Origin: an uncultured Desulfobacter sp.
Lineage (GTDB): Bacteria; Desulfobacterota; Desulfobacteria; Desulfobacterales; Desulfobacteraceae
DNA: 64,000 bases
Reading direction: 5' to 3'
Assembly (NCBI GenBank): GCA_963665095.1
Contig: OY762069.1
Location: forward strand, 1 to 64,000
Position 1 is the stretch's first letter. Each line of letters begins with the position of its first letter. The notes under the pieces were generated by a model that was given only the letters and a program-made list of their open reading frames with translations, searched no databases and was not told where the DNA came from. Both the position numbers and the translations under genes were made by a program. This document shows positions 51,992 to 61,778 of the stretch, piece after piece.

Positions 51992-54608
51992 AAATAAATG
52001 CGATGGTATTTCAAGGGCAGCCGTGGGCCGGCACCTGTTGTGCTGGCTTGTGCCCGCGTTGCTCATTTTTACCCTGCCGGCCGGGGCACAGGCCTTTACC
52101 GCGACAGCCCAGGTGGACCAGACCCGCATCACCTCCCAGGATTATATCTCCTTTCAGGTAACTGTGGACGGGGGCGAGGCCGATATCGATACCACTGCAA
52201 TCAAAGGATTCCAGGTGACCCCTGCCGGTACCCGCTCCAGCCGCAGCTATGTCAACGGAACCTGGAGCCATAAAGTGGTGTACCAGTATATGCTCATGCC
52301 CCTGGACAAGGGGGTGCTGACCATCCCGCCGTTGACCTGTATCCGGGACGGTGAAGCCGCCACCACCCAGGAGATAAAGATTCTGGTTTCTGATGCGGGG
52401 GGCCGGGATGACAATGCCCAGGGCGATTTTTTTGCAGAGGCTGGTTTAAGCAGTAATGAGATCGTGCCCGGCCAGCAGGCAATATACACCATTAAACTAT
52501 GTGTGGCCAAACAGATCAGGGGCGCCTCTTTTGATCCGCCCGACTTCAGGGGGCTGACGGCCAAACCTTTGACAGATTGGAAGAAATACACCCGCACCAT
52601 CAACGGCCAGGCCTATATGGTCAATGAGATGTCCTATCTGGTTCAGGCCGACGCTGCAGGAGAGTATGACATATCCCCGGCGGTTTTTCTGGCCCAGGTG
52701 CCCATACAGCGGGCCGGTCGCCGTGATCCCTTTGATTCCTTTTTCAATGACTCTTTTTTTAACCGGTCCCTGTTTGATACCACGCCCAGCAAACCGGTGC
52801 GCGTGGCCTCCAATCCGGTGTCACTAACGGTTACATCCTTACCGGAATATAACGGAAGTATCCCGTTTTCAGGACTTGTGGGCAGGTTTACCATCTCAAG
52901 TGCCCTGGACAAGGATACGGTAAAAGCAAAGGAGTCCGCCACCCTGACCATTACCATTCAGGGGACCGGCAATATTATGGATGCCTCCCTGCCGGCGCTG
53001 GATCTGGATCCAAACCGGTTCAAAGTGTATGAAGACAGCCCGGTTCAGGATATCCATGTCACGGAAGAGGGGTTTGTCGGCAAAAAGGTATTCAAGCAGG
53101 CCCTGGTTCCCGCCATCCCCGGCAAGGTGACGATTCCTGCGATGACGCTTGCGTTTTTTGACATCCAGTCCAAAAGTTATAAAACCGTCTCCACCGCGCC
53201 GCTTCAACTCAATGTCGTGCCCGGTGGACCCGTGACTGTAGCCGATGCAGCGGCAACCCCTTCAGACACTGCTGCACCTAAGAAAACAGGGCCTGAAAAA
53301 TCTGAAGTTAAGCTGAAAAACAGAGACATTCTGGAGATCCGGGAGGATATTTCAAGTATCCACTCGGTACCGACGCTTTCCATGTCCTGGTTTGCCCTGC
53401 TGCTCTTTTTGCCGGCCGCCGGCTTTGGGGCCACCAGTACGGTTGTCCGGCTCAGGGCCAGGGAAAAAACAGCTCACGAGAAGTATCGTGAAAAAGCACT
53501 GGGTCTCCTGAAAAAAGCCAGGCAGATCCCCCCGGCTGATCCGGGATTCCTGCCTGCCCTGTCCCAGGCGCTGAATGCGGCTGTTCTGGCTAAAGGGAAC
53601 AGGCCGGGGGAGAGCCTGACCCGGGAAGAGGCCCGCACGATTCTTTCTGACAGCGGCAAGGACCCGGACACCATTGCCAAGGTGACAACGTTAATGGATA
53701 CTCTGGACGCGGCCCGGTTCGGGGGCCGGACCATGGATGAACCACAGGCCCGGTCCTGTCTGAACCAGACTGCGGCGCTTATCCGTGTGCTGATGGTGGT
53801 GCTGTGTATCTGTGTCACTCTTTTTGTTGGCCGGAAAACCGGCATGGCAGAAACAGCATTGTCTCCTGCCGTCTCGGTACCCCCTGTCGTTTCTGAAGGC
53901 AGGGATGCTTTGGCCGTTCATGACACTTCGGACAAGGCGGCTGTCTTTGTGGACGGGGTTCGGGCTTACAAAGCCGGGGACTACGCAGAAGCAGCCCGGA
54001 TGTTTGAGTCAATCGCAGCTTCAGGTGTGAAAAACCCCGACCTGTTTTATAATCTTGGCAATGCCTATCTGAAAAATAAAGACATTGGCCGGGCCATTCT
54101 CTGGTATGAACGGGCCAGACGCCTGGCCCCTTCTGACCCGGATCTGAAATTTAATCTGGCATACGCGTCCGGCCTGCTTAAAGACAAGCGTGAGACCGGG
54201 TTTTCCATTACCGAGGTGCTCTATTTCTGGCAGGGTGTGGTGTCCCTTAAGTGGCTGCAGTATGCTGCCATAACCCTCTCCTTTGGCTTTTTTATCTGGG
54301 CCGGCATCCAGAAGGTTCGTGCCAGATCAGTGTTCTCCGGTGTGGGTGTCCTGATCCTGGTCTTTTTTGCAGGGTCCACGCTTGCCACCGGGCTTGAGGC
54401 GCACAGGCTCAACAGTGAGGTGCAGGCAGTGGTGATTGCCGATGAAGCAAACGTGCGCTCCGGCACCATGGAAAATGCCACCCTGCTCTTTGACCTGCAT
54501 GCCGGTACCACGGTCCGGGTGCTTGAGAAAAAACCAACCTTTTTGAAGATCCGTTTTGCCAGGGGCAAGGTGGGATGGGTCTCAAGGGAAGACGCGCAAA
54601 TCATCTAG
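51975..54608 (+). CDS. batD: BatD-BatE-like fusion (Ig-like repeats, TPR, SH3)
   Basis: BatD repeats (SYVNG, GLVGRF, GTGN) followed by YNLGNAY..IGRAILWYERA and an SH3 domain LHAGT...GWV. Confidence 0.85.
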   Translation: MKKTGKNKCDGISRAAVGRHLLCWLVPALLIFTLPAGAQAFTATAQVDQTRITSQDYISFQVTVDGGEADIDTTAIKGFQVTPAGTRSSRSYVNGTWSHKVVYQYMLMPLDKGVLTIPPLTCIRDGEAATTQEIKILVSDAGGRDDNAQGDFFAEAGLSSNEIVPGQQAIYTIKLCVAKQIRGASFDPPDFRGLTAKPLTDWKKYTRTINGQAYMVNEMSYLVQADAAGEYDISPAVFLAQVPIQRAGRRDPFDSFFNDSFFNRSLFDTTPSKPVRVASNPVSLTVTSLPEYNGSIPFSGLVGRFTISSALDKDTVKAKESATLTITIQGTGNIMDASLPALDLDPNRFKVYEDSPVQDIHVTEEGFVGKKVFKQALVPAIPGKVTIPAMTLAFFDIQSKSYKTVSTAPLQLNVVPGGPVTVADAAATPSDTAAPKKTGPEKSEVKLKNRDILEIREDISSIHSVPTLSMSWFALLLFLPAAGFGATSTVVRLRAREKTAHEKYREKALGLLKKARQIPPADPGFLPALSQALNAAVLAKGNRPGESLTREEARTILSDSGKDPDTIAKVTTLMDTLDAARFGGRTMDEPQARSCLNQTAALIRVLMVVLCICVTLFVGRKTGMAETALSPAVSVPPVVSEGRDALAVHDTSDKAAVFVDGVRAYKAGDYAEAARMFESIAASGVKNPDLFYNLGNAYLKNKDIGRAILWYERARRLAPSDPDLKFNLAYASGLLKDKRETGFSITEVLYFWQGVVSLKWLQYAAITLSFGFFIWAGIQKVRARSVFSGVGVLILVFFAGSTLATGLEAHRLNSEVQAVVIADEANVRSGTMENATLLFDLHAGTTVRVLEKKPTFLKIRFARGKVGWVSREDAQII

Positions 54609-54733
54609 TGTTTGGACGGAAAGTTACCCACCTGCGGCGTTGCTGCACAAATCTTAAATCCTCACGTACTGAAGTACGCTCCGGTTTAAGCTTTGCTTGC
54701 GCCTTGCATCTGGGCAACTTTCCGCCCAAACAC
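54608..54733. repeat. 126-bp palindromic intergenic element (REP/MITE-like)
   Basis: The ends GTGTTTGGACGGAAAGTTACCCA and TGGGCAACTTTCCGCCCAAACAC are near-perfect inverted repeats, with nested inner inverted repeats. Confidence 0.8.
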
Positions 54734-54846
54734 GGGGTGCTGGTTCCGGCCGGTTCAGGCTGGCTTTTATCCCATGCTTTTTGTCATGTCATGGTATATG
54801 CCATGATATGGATGGGTATACACTTAAATTAAAAGGGGGGATTCAC

Positions 54847-55395
54847 ATGACAAAAAAAGTATTGGTGCCACTGGCCCAGGGGATTGAAGAGATGGAAGCC
54901 ATCACTGTTATTGATGTGCTCAGGCGGGCAGGGGCTGAAGTGACGGCTGCGTCTGTGGACCAGCTGGATGTGACGGCTGCCAGGGGCACAAAGATTACTG
55001 CGGACTGCCTTGTTTCCCAGTGCAGGGATACGCAGTTTGACCTCATTGCCCTGCCCGGCGGCATTCCCGGTGCCCAGAATCTGGCGGCATCGGATACCCT
55101 GGCAGATATGCTGAAAACCCAGGCTGGTGCCGGACGACTTTACGGGGCCATCTGTGCCTCTCCTGCCGTGGTACTGCATCACCATGGCCTGGTTACCCCA
55201 GGGAAAGTGACCTGCCACCCCTCATGCACAGGACTCATTGACAACGGCAATACCTGTGACCAGGATGTGGTGGCGGCAGACAACTGCATCACCTCCAGGG
55301 GCGGGGGGACCTCCCTGGCTTTTGCCCTGGAACTTGTGGCGCAGTTGTTTGACGCGGAGACCGTAACCCAGGTCCGCCAGGGGCTGGCTATTTAG
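54847..55395 (+). CDS. DJ-1/YajL (ThiJ) family protein
   Basis: Motifs GIEEMEA, DVLRRAG, LPGG, AICASP and TSRG.GT. Confidence 0.92.
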   Translation: MTKKVLVPLAQGIEEMEAITVIDVLRRAGAEVTAASVDQLDVTAARGTKITADCLVSQCRDTQFDLIALPGGIPGAQNLAASDTLADMLKTQAGAGRLYGAICASPAVVLHHHGLVTPGKVTCHPSCTGLIDNGNTCDQDVVAADNCITSRGGGTSLAFALELVAQLFDAETVTQVRQGLAI

Positions 55396-55434
55396 TTAAG
55401 GTATTTAACAGCTATCCATTAAAGGAACTGGGGC

Positions 55435-56130
55435 ATGAAAAATATTGTGAAAAAATATACAGTTATCGTTTTTAAAAGTTGGGTTTTCAGTTTTGCCATA
55501 GCGCTGCTGATCGCAACATCCGTAAAATCCTCACTGGCTGACTGGAATGACGTCCCCACAGGTTCCATGCAGCCAACCATCCTGATCGGAGACCGGATCG
55601 TTGTCAATAAACTGGCATATGATTTAAAAATACCTTTTACAACATGTCATCTTGCAACATGGGCAAGCCCGGAACGGGGAGATATTGTCGTGTTCTATTC
55701 TCCCAAAGATGGCACCCGCCTGGTCAAGCGTGTTATCGGCATACCCGGAGATAGCGTGGCGATGATCAAAAACAGGCTTTTTATCAATGGTCAATTTGCA
55801 GACTATACCCCTTTGGATTCTGGATCCGTAATACCCTGTGATTCCGGTTTGGAAAAAGGGCACACCTTTTTTAGTGAAAAGCTGCCACAGAAACATCATG
55901 CGATCATGCTGTCACCCTTGCGGCCCTCATTGGACTCTTTCGGGCCGGTAACCATTCCAGAAGGTAAATTTTTTATGTTGGGAGACAACCGGGATAATAG
56001 CGCTGATTCCCGTTATTTTGGTTTTGTGGACCGCAATTTAATTCTTGGGCGGGCCACAGGTGTTGCCGTTTCAAGGGATGGGTCTTTCCTGCATCCGAGG
56101 TGGTCAAGGTTTTTTCAAAAGCTCATCTGA
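55435..56130 (+). CDS. lepB: Signal peptidase I
   Basis: Motifs GSMQPT, VKRVIG and GDNRDNSADSRYFG. Confidence 0.95.
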   Translation: MKNIVKKYTVIVFKSWVFSFAIALLIATSVKSSLADWNDVPTGSMQPTILIGDRIVVNKLAYDLKIPFTTCHLATWASPERGDIVVFYSPKDGTRLVKRVIGIPGDSVAMIKNRLFINGQFADYTPLDSGSVIPCDSGLEKGHTFFSEKLPQKHHAIMLSPLRPSLDSFGPVTIPEGKFFMLGDNRDNSADSRYFGFVDRNLILGRATGVAVSRDGSFLHPRWSRFFQKLI

Positions 56131-56484
56131 TACGATTGCAGGGATGTATGACGGACAGAGCCTGCATCCGGTGTGCTGACAGTGTACCGGTATCTGTCTT
56201 AACCGGATGGTCCCCCTTACTCTTTGCACTGTCAGGGTCAAGGGGGATAAATCCTGGTTTTCCGCAGATAGCAAAAACCCGGGGAATTGGTTGAAAGCGA
56301 AATGAATTTAATATATAACCACCAAACCTTATTCATTTTAACGGTCAGGGATCGTCCTGGTTTTCGCTACCAGGGCCTGACTTATGACAAAATAGATAAA
56401 TTCGGTGTGTTGCCGGATTGCTAAATACAAATATGGTCCGGTCCGGGATGTTTTTTCGGGAAAAGGGCAGGGATAAAGAGAGCT

Positions 56485-57510
56485 ATGGATATCACGAATG
56501 CACGAATCGGTGTTGTGGGTGCGGGCGCCTGGGGAACGGCCCTGGCCAAGCTGCTGGCGGATAAAGGGTTTGATCTGGACCTGTGGGCATTTGAACCCGA
56601 GGTGAAAGAGGAGATCTCGGTGCATCGGGAGAATAAGAGCTTTCTGCCCGGGGTAACGCTGCCCGAAGGCCTTTCTCCCACCAACGACCTTGAAAAAGCG
56701 GTATCAGGCAAGGATCTCGTGCTGATGGTGGTGCCGTCGCACTGCATGCGGGCCGTGGCCACTGATATGAAACCGCTTGTCTCCAACGACACCATTCTGG
56801 TCAGTGCATCCAAGGGCATTGAGAATAAAACCCACCAGACCATGACCGGTATCCTGTCCGAAGTGATTGATTCTTTGCCCAGACAGAATTTTGGCGTACT
56901 TTCCGGCCCCAGTTTCGCCAAAGAGGTGGCTGCAGGAGTCCCCACAGTAGTGGCTGCCGCCGCCCTGGACGATCAGATTGCCCGGTTTATCCAGAATCTG
57001 TTTTTTACCCCAAACTTCAGGGTCTATGTCAATCATGACATTGTCGGCACCCAGATCGGCGGGGCCATGAAAAACGTGATCGCCATCGCTGCGGGTGCCT
57101 GTGACGGGATGAATATGGGGCTCAACCCCCGGGCCGCACTCATCACTCGGGGATTGACCGAGATGAACCGCCTTGGCACCCGTATGGGGGCTGACCCCCT
57201 GACGCTGTCCGGCCTTGCCGGAGTAGGCGATCTTCTGCTGACCTGCACCGGGGTTTTAAGCCGGAACTATACGGTTGGCAAACAGATCGGACAGGGAAAG
57301 CTGCTGGATGACATTATTTCAGACATGCGCATGGTGGCTGAAGGGGTGAAAACCACCCGGTCCATATATAATCTGTCAAGAAAGCTGGGGGTGGACCTTC
57401 CCATCTGCAATGAGGTCTATTCCGTATTATTTGAAGGCATGCCTGTGGATGAAACCATTGCACGCCTGATGAACCGCACCCTGAAGCATGAGCTGGACGG
57501 AGTGATTTAG
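56485..57510 (+). CDS. gpsA: NAD(P)H-dependent glycerol-3-phosphate dehydrogenase
   Basis: Motifs GAGAWGTA, SKGIE, SGPSFA, KNVIAIA and GDL..TC...SRN. Confidence 0.97.
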   Translation: MDITNARIGVVGAGAWGTALAKLLADKGFDLDLWAFEPEVKEEISVHRENKSFLPGVTLPEGLSPTNDLEKAVSGKDLVLMVVPSHCMRAVATDMKPLVSNDTILVSASKGIENKTHQTMTGILSEVIDSLPRQNFGVLSGPSFAKEVAAGVPTVVAAAALDDQIARFIQNLFFTPNFRVYVNHDIVGTQIGGAMKNVIAIAAGACDGMNMGLNPRAALITRGLTEMNRLGTRMGADPLTLSGLAGVGDLLLTCTGVLSRNYTVGKQIGQGKLLDDIISDMRMVAEGVKTTRSIYNLSRKLGVDLPICNEVYSVLFEGMPVDETIARLMNRTLKHELDGVI

Positions 57511-57554
57511 CCCCTGCCAAGGATAAGGATATTATCCGCAAGTACCAAACTGTC

Positions 57555-57586
57555 AGGACTCTTTCTCTGACCGTGGAAAGAGTCCT
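57555..57586 (+). terminator. Hairpin after gpsA
   Basis: 11-bp stem AGGACTCTTTC / GAAAGAGTCCT. Confidence 0.6.
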
Positions 57587-57644
57587 TTCGCTGTCTGAAT
57601 ATCTCCTGTGAATAAAAAAAATTGCCAGGTGTGAAAAAAAGAGC

Positions 57645-57686
57645 TTGACATGTTTATTTTTGGCTTTTATTGTTAGTCAAAACTAA
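57645..57686 (+). promoter_or_regulatory. Sigma70 promoter with a palindromic operator upstream of flavodoxin
   Basis: TTGACA-N17-TATTGT followed by TTAGT-caaa-ACTAA. Confidence 0.6.
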
Positions 57687-57723
57687 AAATGAAAGCTATA
57701 AATTATAAACTACAGGAGAGCTT

Positions 57724-58161
57724 ATGAGTACCGCGCTAATTGTTTTCGGATCAACCACTGGAAATACCGAATCTGTTGCAGACACTGTTGAGGGAGATCT
57801 TTCCAATGCCTCTTACACAGTTAAAAAGGTCAACGTCACCGATGTTGACGTTGATATCCTTGATGACGCCTATGACCTCTACCTTTTGGGAAGCTCCACA
57901 TGGGGGGATGATGATATTGAGTTCCAGGAGGATTTTCAGCCCTTTTATGAAAATATGACCCGCTCCCTGGCCGGCAAAAAGTTTGCCGTATTCGGATGCG
58001 GGGACTCTTCCTATGAATATTTCTGCGGGGCTGTGGATGCCCTTGAGGAGCGGGTGCAGAAACTCGGCGGCACCCTTGTGTGCGAATCCCTTAGAATTGA
58101 CGGAGAACCTGAACAAAATGAAATTAACGAATGGACACAGGATGTAATCAATGCCGGATAA
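57724..58161 (+). CDS. Short-chain flavodoxin
   Basis: Motifs GSTTGNTE, STWG and FGCGDSSYEYFCGAVD. Confidence 0.95.
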   Translation: MSTALIVFGSTTGNTESVADTVEGDLSNASYTVKKVNVTDVDVDILDDAYDLYLLGSSTWGDDDIEFQEDFQPFYENMTRSLAGKKFAVFGCGDSSYEYFCGAVDALEERVQKLGGTLVCESLRIDGEPEQNEINEWTQDVINAG

Positions 58162-58501
58162 TAAACCGCCCAAATGCATTAAGTACCAGCTCAAACACAT
58201 CGGCACCTTGAACCGGACCGCCATGGATGCCGGCAATGCCAGTGATTTTAATACGGCGTTTCCACGCATGAAAGAGGCCCTGGCCTGGACCCGCCGGCTG
58301 GATAAAAAATGCCTGGAGGCAAAACTGCTGAACAATATGGGCAATTTATACACCATGTCAGGGCAGTGGGATAAAGCCATCCTGGTGTATGAACGCGCCA
58401 TGAATATTGTTACGGAACATTATGGCACCGCAAATATTTTGTATAAAACCCTGCAAAAAAATATCATCTATCTTTTCTCCCAGGACGTCACAGCCGCCTA
58501 A
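58151..58501 (+). CDS. Small TPR protein
   Basis: TPR-like EAKLLNNMGNLY...AILVYERA; overlaps the flavodoxin stop. Confidence 0.75.
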   Translation: MPDNKPPKCIKYQLKHIGTLNRTAMDAGNASDFNTAFPRMKEALAWTRRLDKKCLEAKLLNNMGNLYTMSGQWDKAILVYERAMNIVTEHYGTANILYKTLQKNIIYLFSQDVTAA

Positions 58502-58604
58502 GGCTATTTCTCTCTCCTGCTGCCGGGTTCCCCGCCCGGCAGCTCTCCTGAGATACACTGCCCCCCGACATTGCCGTATGCGGGACCGCATCTTCTCAAA
58601 GAGG

Positions 58605-59063
58605 CTACCATACTTCAGGATAGGCTACATCAACAAAGCTTTGTTCCATTTTAAATTTGTGGCCCCGCTCCATGGATGCCAGATCCAGAAACACGGCACG
58701 AAGTTCAGCGTCTTCACAGTTATCTGCCAGTGCGGTATACCGTTTCATGGCGATCTCTTCGTTTTTCATGGCCAGGGCAATAGCATTTTTCAAGTCCATA
58801 TCCGGACTGACTTCCGGCAGATCAACGGTCTGGGCCACTTTGTAATCCCTGTCACAGTCGAAATGGGACGCGGTAATCGTCTGCTGGTTCAGAATTTGGG
58901 TTAAAATCTGTTCATGTTTGCCCTCTTCCTTTGCAAAATCCGTGAAAACTTCCTTGAGCAGCTCGCTTTTAATATTTTTTGCTATCTCTTCATAAAAGAT
59001 ACGGGCATCTATTTCGTTTTGAATGGCACCCTTGATCACCTGTTCGTATTGGGTTATATCCAT
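58605..59063 (-). CDS. Ferritin-like (rubrerythrin-domain) protein
   Basis: Duplicated E...Y...ExxH pattern (EEGKH, ERGH); ends YPEVW. Confidence 0.9.
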   Translation of the reverse strand: MDITQYEQVIKGAIQNEIDARIFYEEIAKNIKSELLKEVFTDFAKEEGKHEQILTQILNQQTITASHFDCDRDYKVAQTVDLPEVSPDMDLKNAIALAMKNEEIAMKRYTALADNCEDAELRAVFLDLASMERGHKFKMEQSFVDVAYPEVW

Positions 59064-59147
59064 GGTATATCTCCTTTTTGGGGTTTACATCAGTGGTTTG
59101 AATACGTTGATGGTCTGATCTTATATAGATCTGTCAGCGATTTGTCA

Positions 59148-59163
59148 TGCGATTTGCATGCCA
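59148..59163 (-). promoter_or_regulatory. Putative sigma54 promoter of the ferritin-like gene
   Basis: Minus-strand TGGCATGCAAATCGCA (GG-N10-GC). Confidence 0.45.
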
Positions 59164-59284
59164 TAGGTTCAGCCTGTGATTGAATTCTGTCGTGTTAGTA
59201 AGAATGAGGAAAATGGCAGGCCGGTCCACCTGAGAACCTCACAACACAAATGGGTATTTTTATGGTAAATCAGGGCTGGCGGAT

Positions 59285-59989
59285 TCAGGGCGCAGAGGCG
59301 TTCAGGTAGCCTGTGTCATCGGGAAGGCCGGATTGTCGGGCCGTTGAATTTGCCAGATGGTCGCAGGCTTCGTTTAAAGGATTTCCGGCATGGCCTTTCA
59401 CCCAAATAAACCGGATGGTCAGTCCCGGTAGAAGATCCAGGAGCCGGGCCCACAGATCTGAATTCATTGCCGGACTGCCGTCGGATTTTTTCCACCCCCT
59501 GCGTTTCCAGCTCTTTGCCCAGTTTTTGGTAATGCCGTCTACGACATACCGGGAGTCAGAATGAAGGAAAATCGGCCGGGTTTCTCCTTTGAGTGCCTCA
59601 AGGGCCACGATGACGGCCATCAGCTCCATCCGGTTGTTTGTGGTCCGGTTGAACCCGCCGCTGAACTGCTCCCCGTTTTGAAAAACAACCCCATATCCCC
59701 CTGGACCGGGATTGCCGATGGCCCCGCCGTCCGTATACACCACCACTGAGTTATCCGGGTAATCTGTCTTTTGCACCACCTTTGAAAAATGTTTTCCTGG
59801 GCTGGCCTTTGATGATTTTTTAGGGGTGCCTGATCCGTATGACGGATTTTCCAGAAACGCCTGGGCCTCTTCTCTTGTTTTAAAGCTTTTAAATACGGCA
59901 CCGGCAAAGCCTTTTACCAGGCGTTGTGCTTCGGGCCATGATGTGAATATGCCGGTTTGTCTTCCCTTTGCCACTGCGTAAAATTTCAT
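59285..59989 (-). CDS. rnhA: Ribonuclease HI with an N-terminal hybrid-binding (Cauli_VI) domain
   Basis: KFYAVAKGRQTGIF.SW, YTDG..GNPGPGG, TTNNRMEL and WVKGHAG..NE.CD. Confidence 0.95.
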   Translation of the reverse strand: MKFYAVAKGRQTGIFTSWPEAQRLVKGFAGAVFKSFKTREEAQAFLENPSYGSGTPKKSSKASPGKHFSKVVQKTDYPDNSVVVYTDGGAIGNPGPGGYGVVFQNGEQFSGGFNRTTNNRMELMAVIVALEALKGETRPIFLHSDSRYVVDGITKNWAKSWKRRGWKKSDGSPAMNSDLWARLLDLLPGLTIRFIWVKGHAGNPLNEACDHLANSTARQSGLPDDTGYLNASAP

Positions 59990-60399
59990 GGCGGGAAATA
60001 TAAGCCCAAACGAAATGGATGTAAACACCCTTGTTTTGATACAATAAGGGACACCAATGTATCAATTTTTTTGCTGTTTCTTGAAATAAATGTGCGGCCG
60101 GTGTAGGATCTTGAAACAGTATAGGCTCATTTGCATGGCTGTGCCGCAACTGCCGGATGTCTGAATACCTGTAAATATCGGGTAAAATATCAGGCAGGTC
60201 CGGTTATATTTGTTTTTTTTTGCGGTTCAACAGTTTGCACTATTATAAATTTAATGAGGTGCTTTTTTTATTTTTGTTGCAGGCTTCGGGGCTGAAGATA
60301 ACATTAAGTTGCAGGGCAGCCCTTATATTTTGATTCGTTTGTTTTGAATCCGGGTGGGAATTTGACTGCAAAAAGGTGCCTTGAACCTAAGGAGGTAGA

Positions 60400-60945
60400 A
60401 TGGAACCCAATAAATTCCGGGAGTCAAGACAATCCATCAATCGTTTGTGTGAGAAGATGGCAAAGCTGATTGATAAAAATGATGTAGACGAATCCAGGGT
60501 CTACTTTGACCGGGCAAACGGCGAGCTGGATGAACTTACACCCCAGGCTGCCGGAGATATTCAGAAAAGGTCGGTTAAAAATCTGGCATTAAAGCTCAGG
60601 GGTATTGAAGGCAAAATATCCAAACTAAAGGTACGGGGGAGTGCTTCCTCCGGAGCCGGTTCCCGGGGTAAAAATAAAATCGAGTGGGACAATGAGCGGG
60701 TGGCGCAACTGTCCAGAAACTTTCTCGAGAAGGTGTTGCAAAATATGGGTGGAGATTCTGAGGCCAAAGTCTGTCTAGGTACCACAGGCAAAGGTATCCG
60801 TCCCAACTATCAGATTGAATTCAAGGATGGCAGTCAGGTGGCCTATACCGGTTCCGGTCACAAGCCCAAAGCCGGCGCAGGCGGCAGAAATCTTTCCACC
60901 CCTTTTTCTCTTATAGAGATTGAAACAATTGTCAATCAGCTGTAA
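60400..60945 (+). CDS. Hypothetical protein
   Basis: Strong AAGGAGG RBS and a 181-aa ORF. Confidence 0.8.
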   Translation: MEPNKFRESRQSINRLCEKMAKLIDKNDVDESRVYFDRANGELDELTPQAAGDIQKRSVKNLALKLRGIEGKISKLKVRGSASSGAGSRGKNKIEWDNERVAQLSRNFLEKVLQNMGGDSEAKVCLGTTGKGIRPNYQIEFKDGSQVAYTGSGHKPKAGAGGRNLSTPFSLIEIETIVNQL

Positions 60946-61075
60946 ATGGTGCATTGTATGTATCAAAAATAAATATTAAAAGAAGGTGAAAACCCATAGC
61001 TGAAACAGGTGTTACCACATTGCCACAGGCTGAGTGGAACATTCTGGCATCATAAATTATTGAAGGATACCGCTC

Positions 61076-61708
61076 ATGAAAATGACCAGAACAGTTGCTC
61101 TTTATACCTTTGTGCTTACCGTTACTGCTTCAGTGTTACTTTTGCCGGTCTCCCAGGCAACGGCTCAGACTGCCACTGAAACAATTAAAGGAAGTATTGA
61201 CGGCATCCTTGCCGTATTGAAAGCACCTGAGCTTAAAGGGGATGATAAAAAAGAGGTCCGCAGGCAGAAAATCCGGGAGATTGCCCAGCAGCGGTTTGAT
61301 TACGATCGTATGTCCCAGCTCAGCCTGGGAAAGCACTGGCGGGGGCGCACCCCTGAAGAGAAAAAAGCATTTACGGCCCGGTTCTGTCAGTTGATTGAGA
61401 GCACCTATATCTCAAAGCTGGAAATGTATACCAATGAGAAGATGATATATGCAGGGGAACAGCTCAAAAAGAAAAAAAACCGCGAATATGCAAAAATAGA
61501 TACCCGCCTGGTCACGGTTGACGGTGCGGAAGTTCCCATAGAATATATGATGCACAGACAGGAAAACACCCCATGGCTCGTGTTTGATATCAAGATTGAA
61601 GGGGTGAGCATGGTGAATAACTACAGGTCCCAGTTCAGCCAGATTCTTGATAAGAAACCATTTTCAGAGCTTATTAAAGAACTTGATGCTAAAAACAGTA
61701 CAAAATAA
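61076..61708 (+). CDS. mlaC: MlaC/Ttg2D periplasmic phospholipid-binding protein
   Basis: Signal peptide; FDY..MS..SLGKHW; DIKIEGVSMV.NYRSQF. Confidence 0.9.
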   Translation: MKMTRTVALYTFVLTVTASVLLLPVSQATAQTATETIKGSIDGILAVLKAPELKGDDKKEVRRQKIREIAQQRFDYDRMSQLSLGKHWRGRTPEEKKAFTARFCQLIESTYISKLEMYTNEKMIYAGEQLKKKKNREYAKIDTRLVTVDGAEVPIEYMMHRQENTPWLVFDIKIEGVSMVNNYRSQFSQILDKKPFSELIKELDAKNSTK

Positions 61709-61730
61709 GCGCAGAACGTAACATTTCCTG

Positions 61731-61778
61731 AGCCATGCCCGGACCGGTGCTCCCGGGCCGGCATGGCTTTAAATTTTT
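61731..61778 (+). terminator. Rho-independent terminator after mlaC
   Basis: AGCCATGCC...GGCATGGCT stem followed by a T-rich tract. Confidence 0.65.

Noticed and set aside
51275..52132. Long antisense ORFs (this one, 6185-6976, 21754-22524, 48041-48832 and others)
   Set aside because: They are shadows of well-supported genes on the opposite strand.
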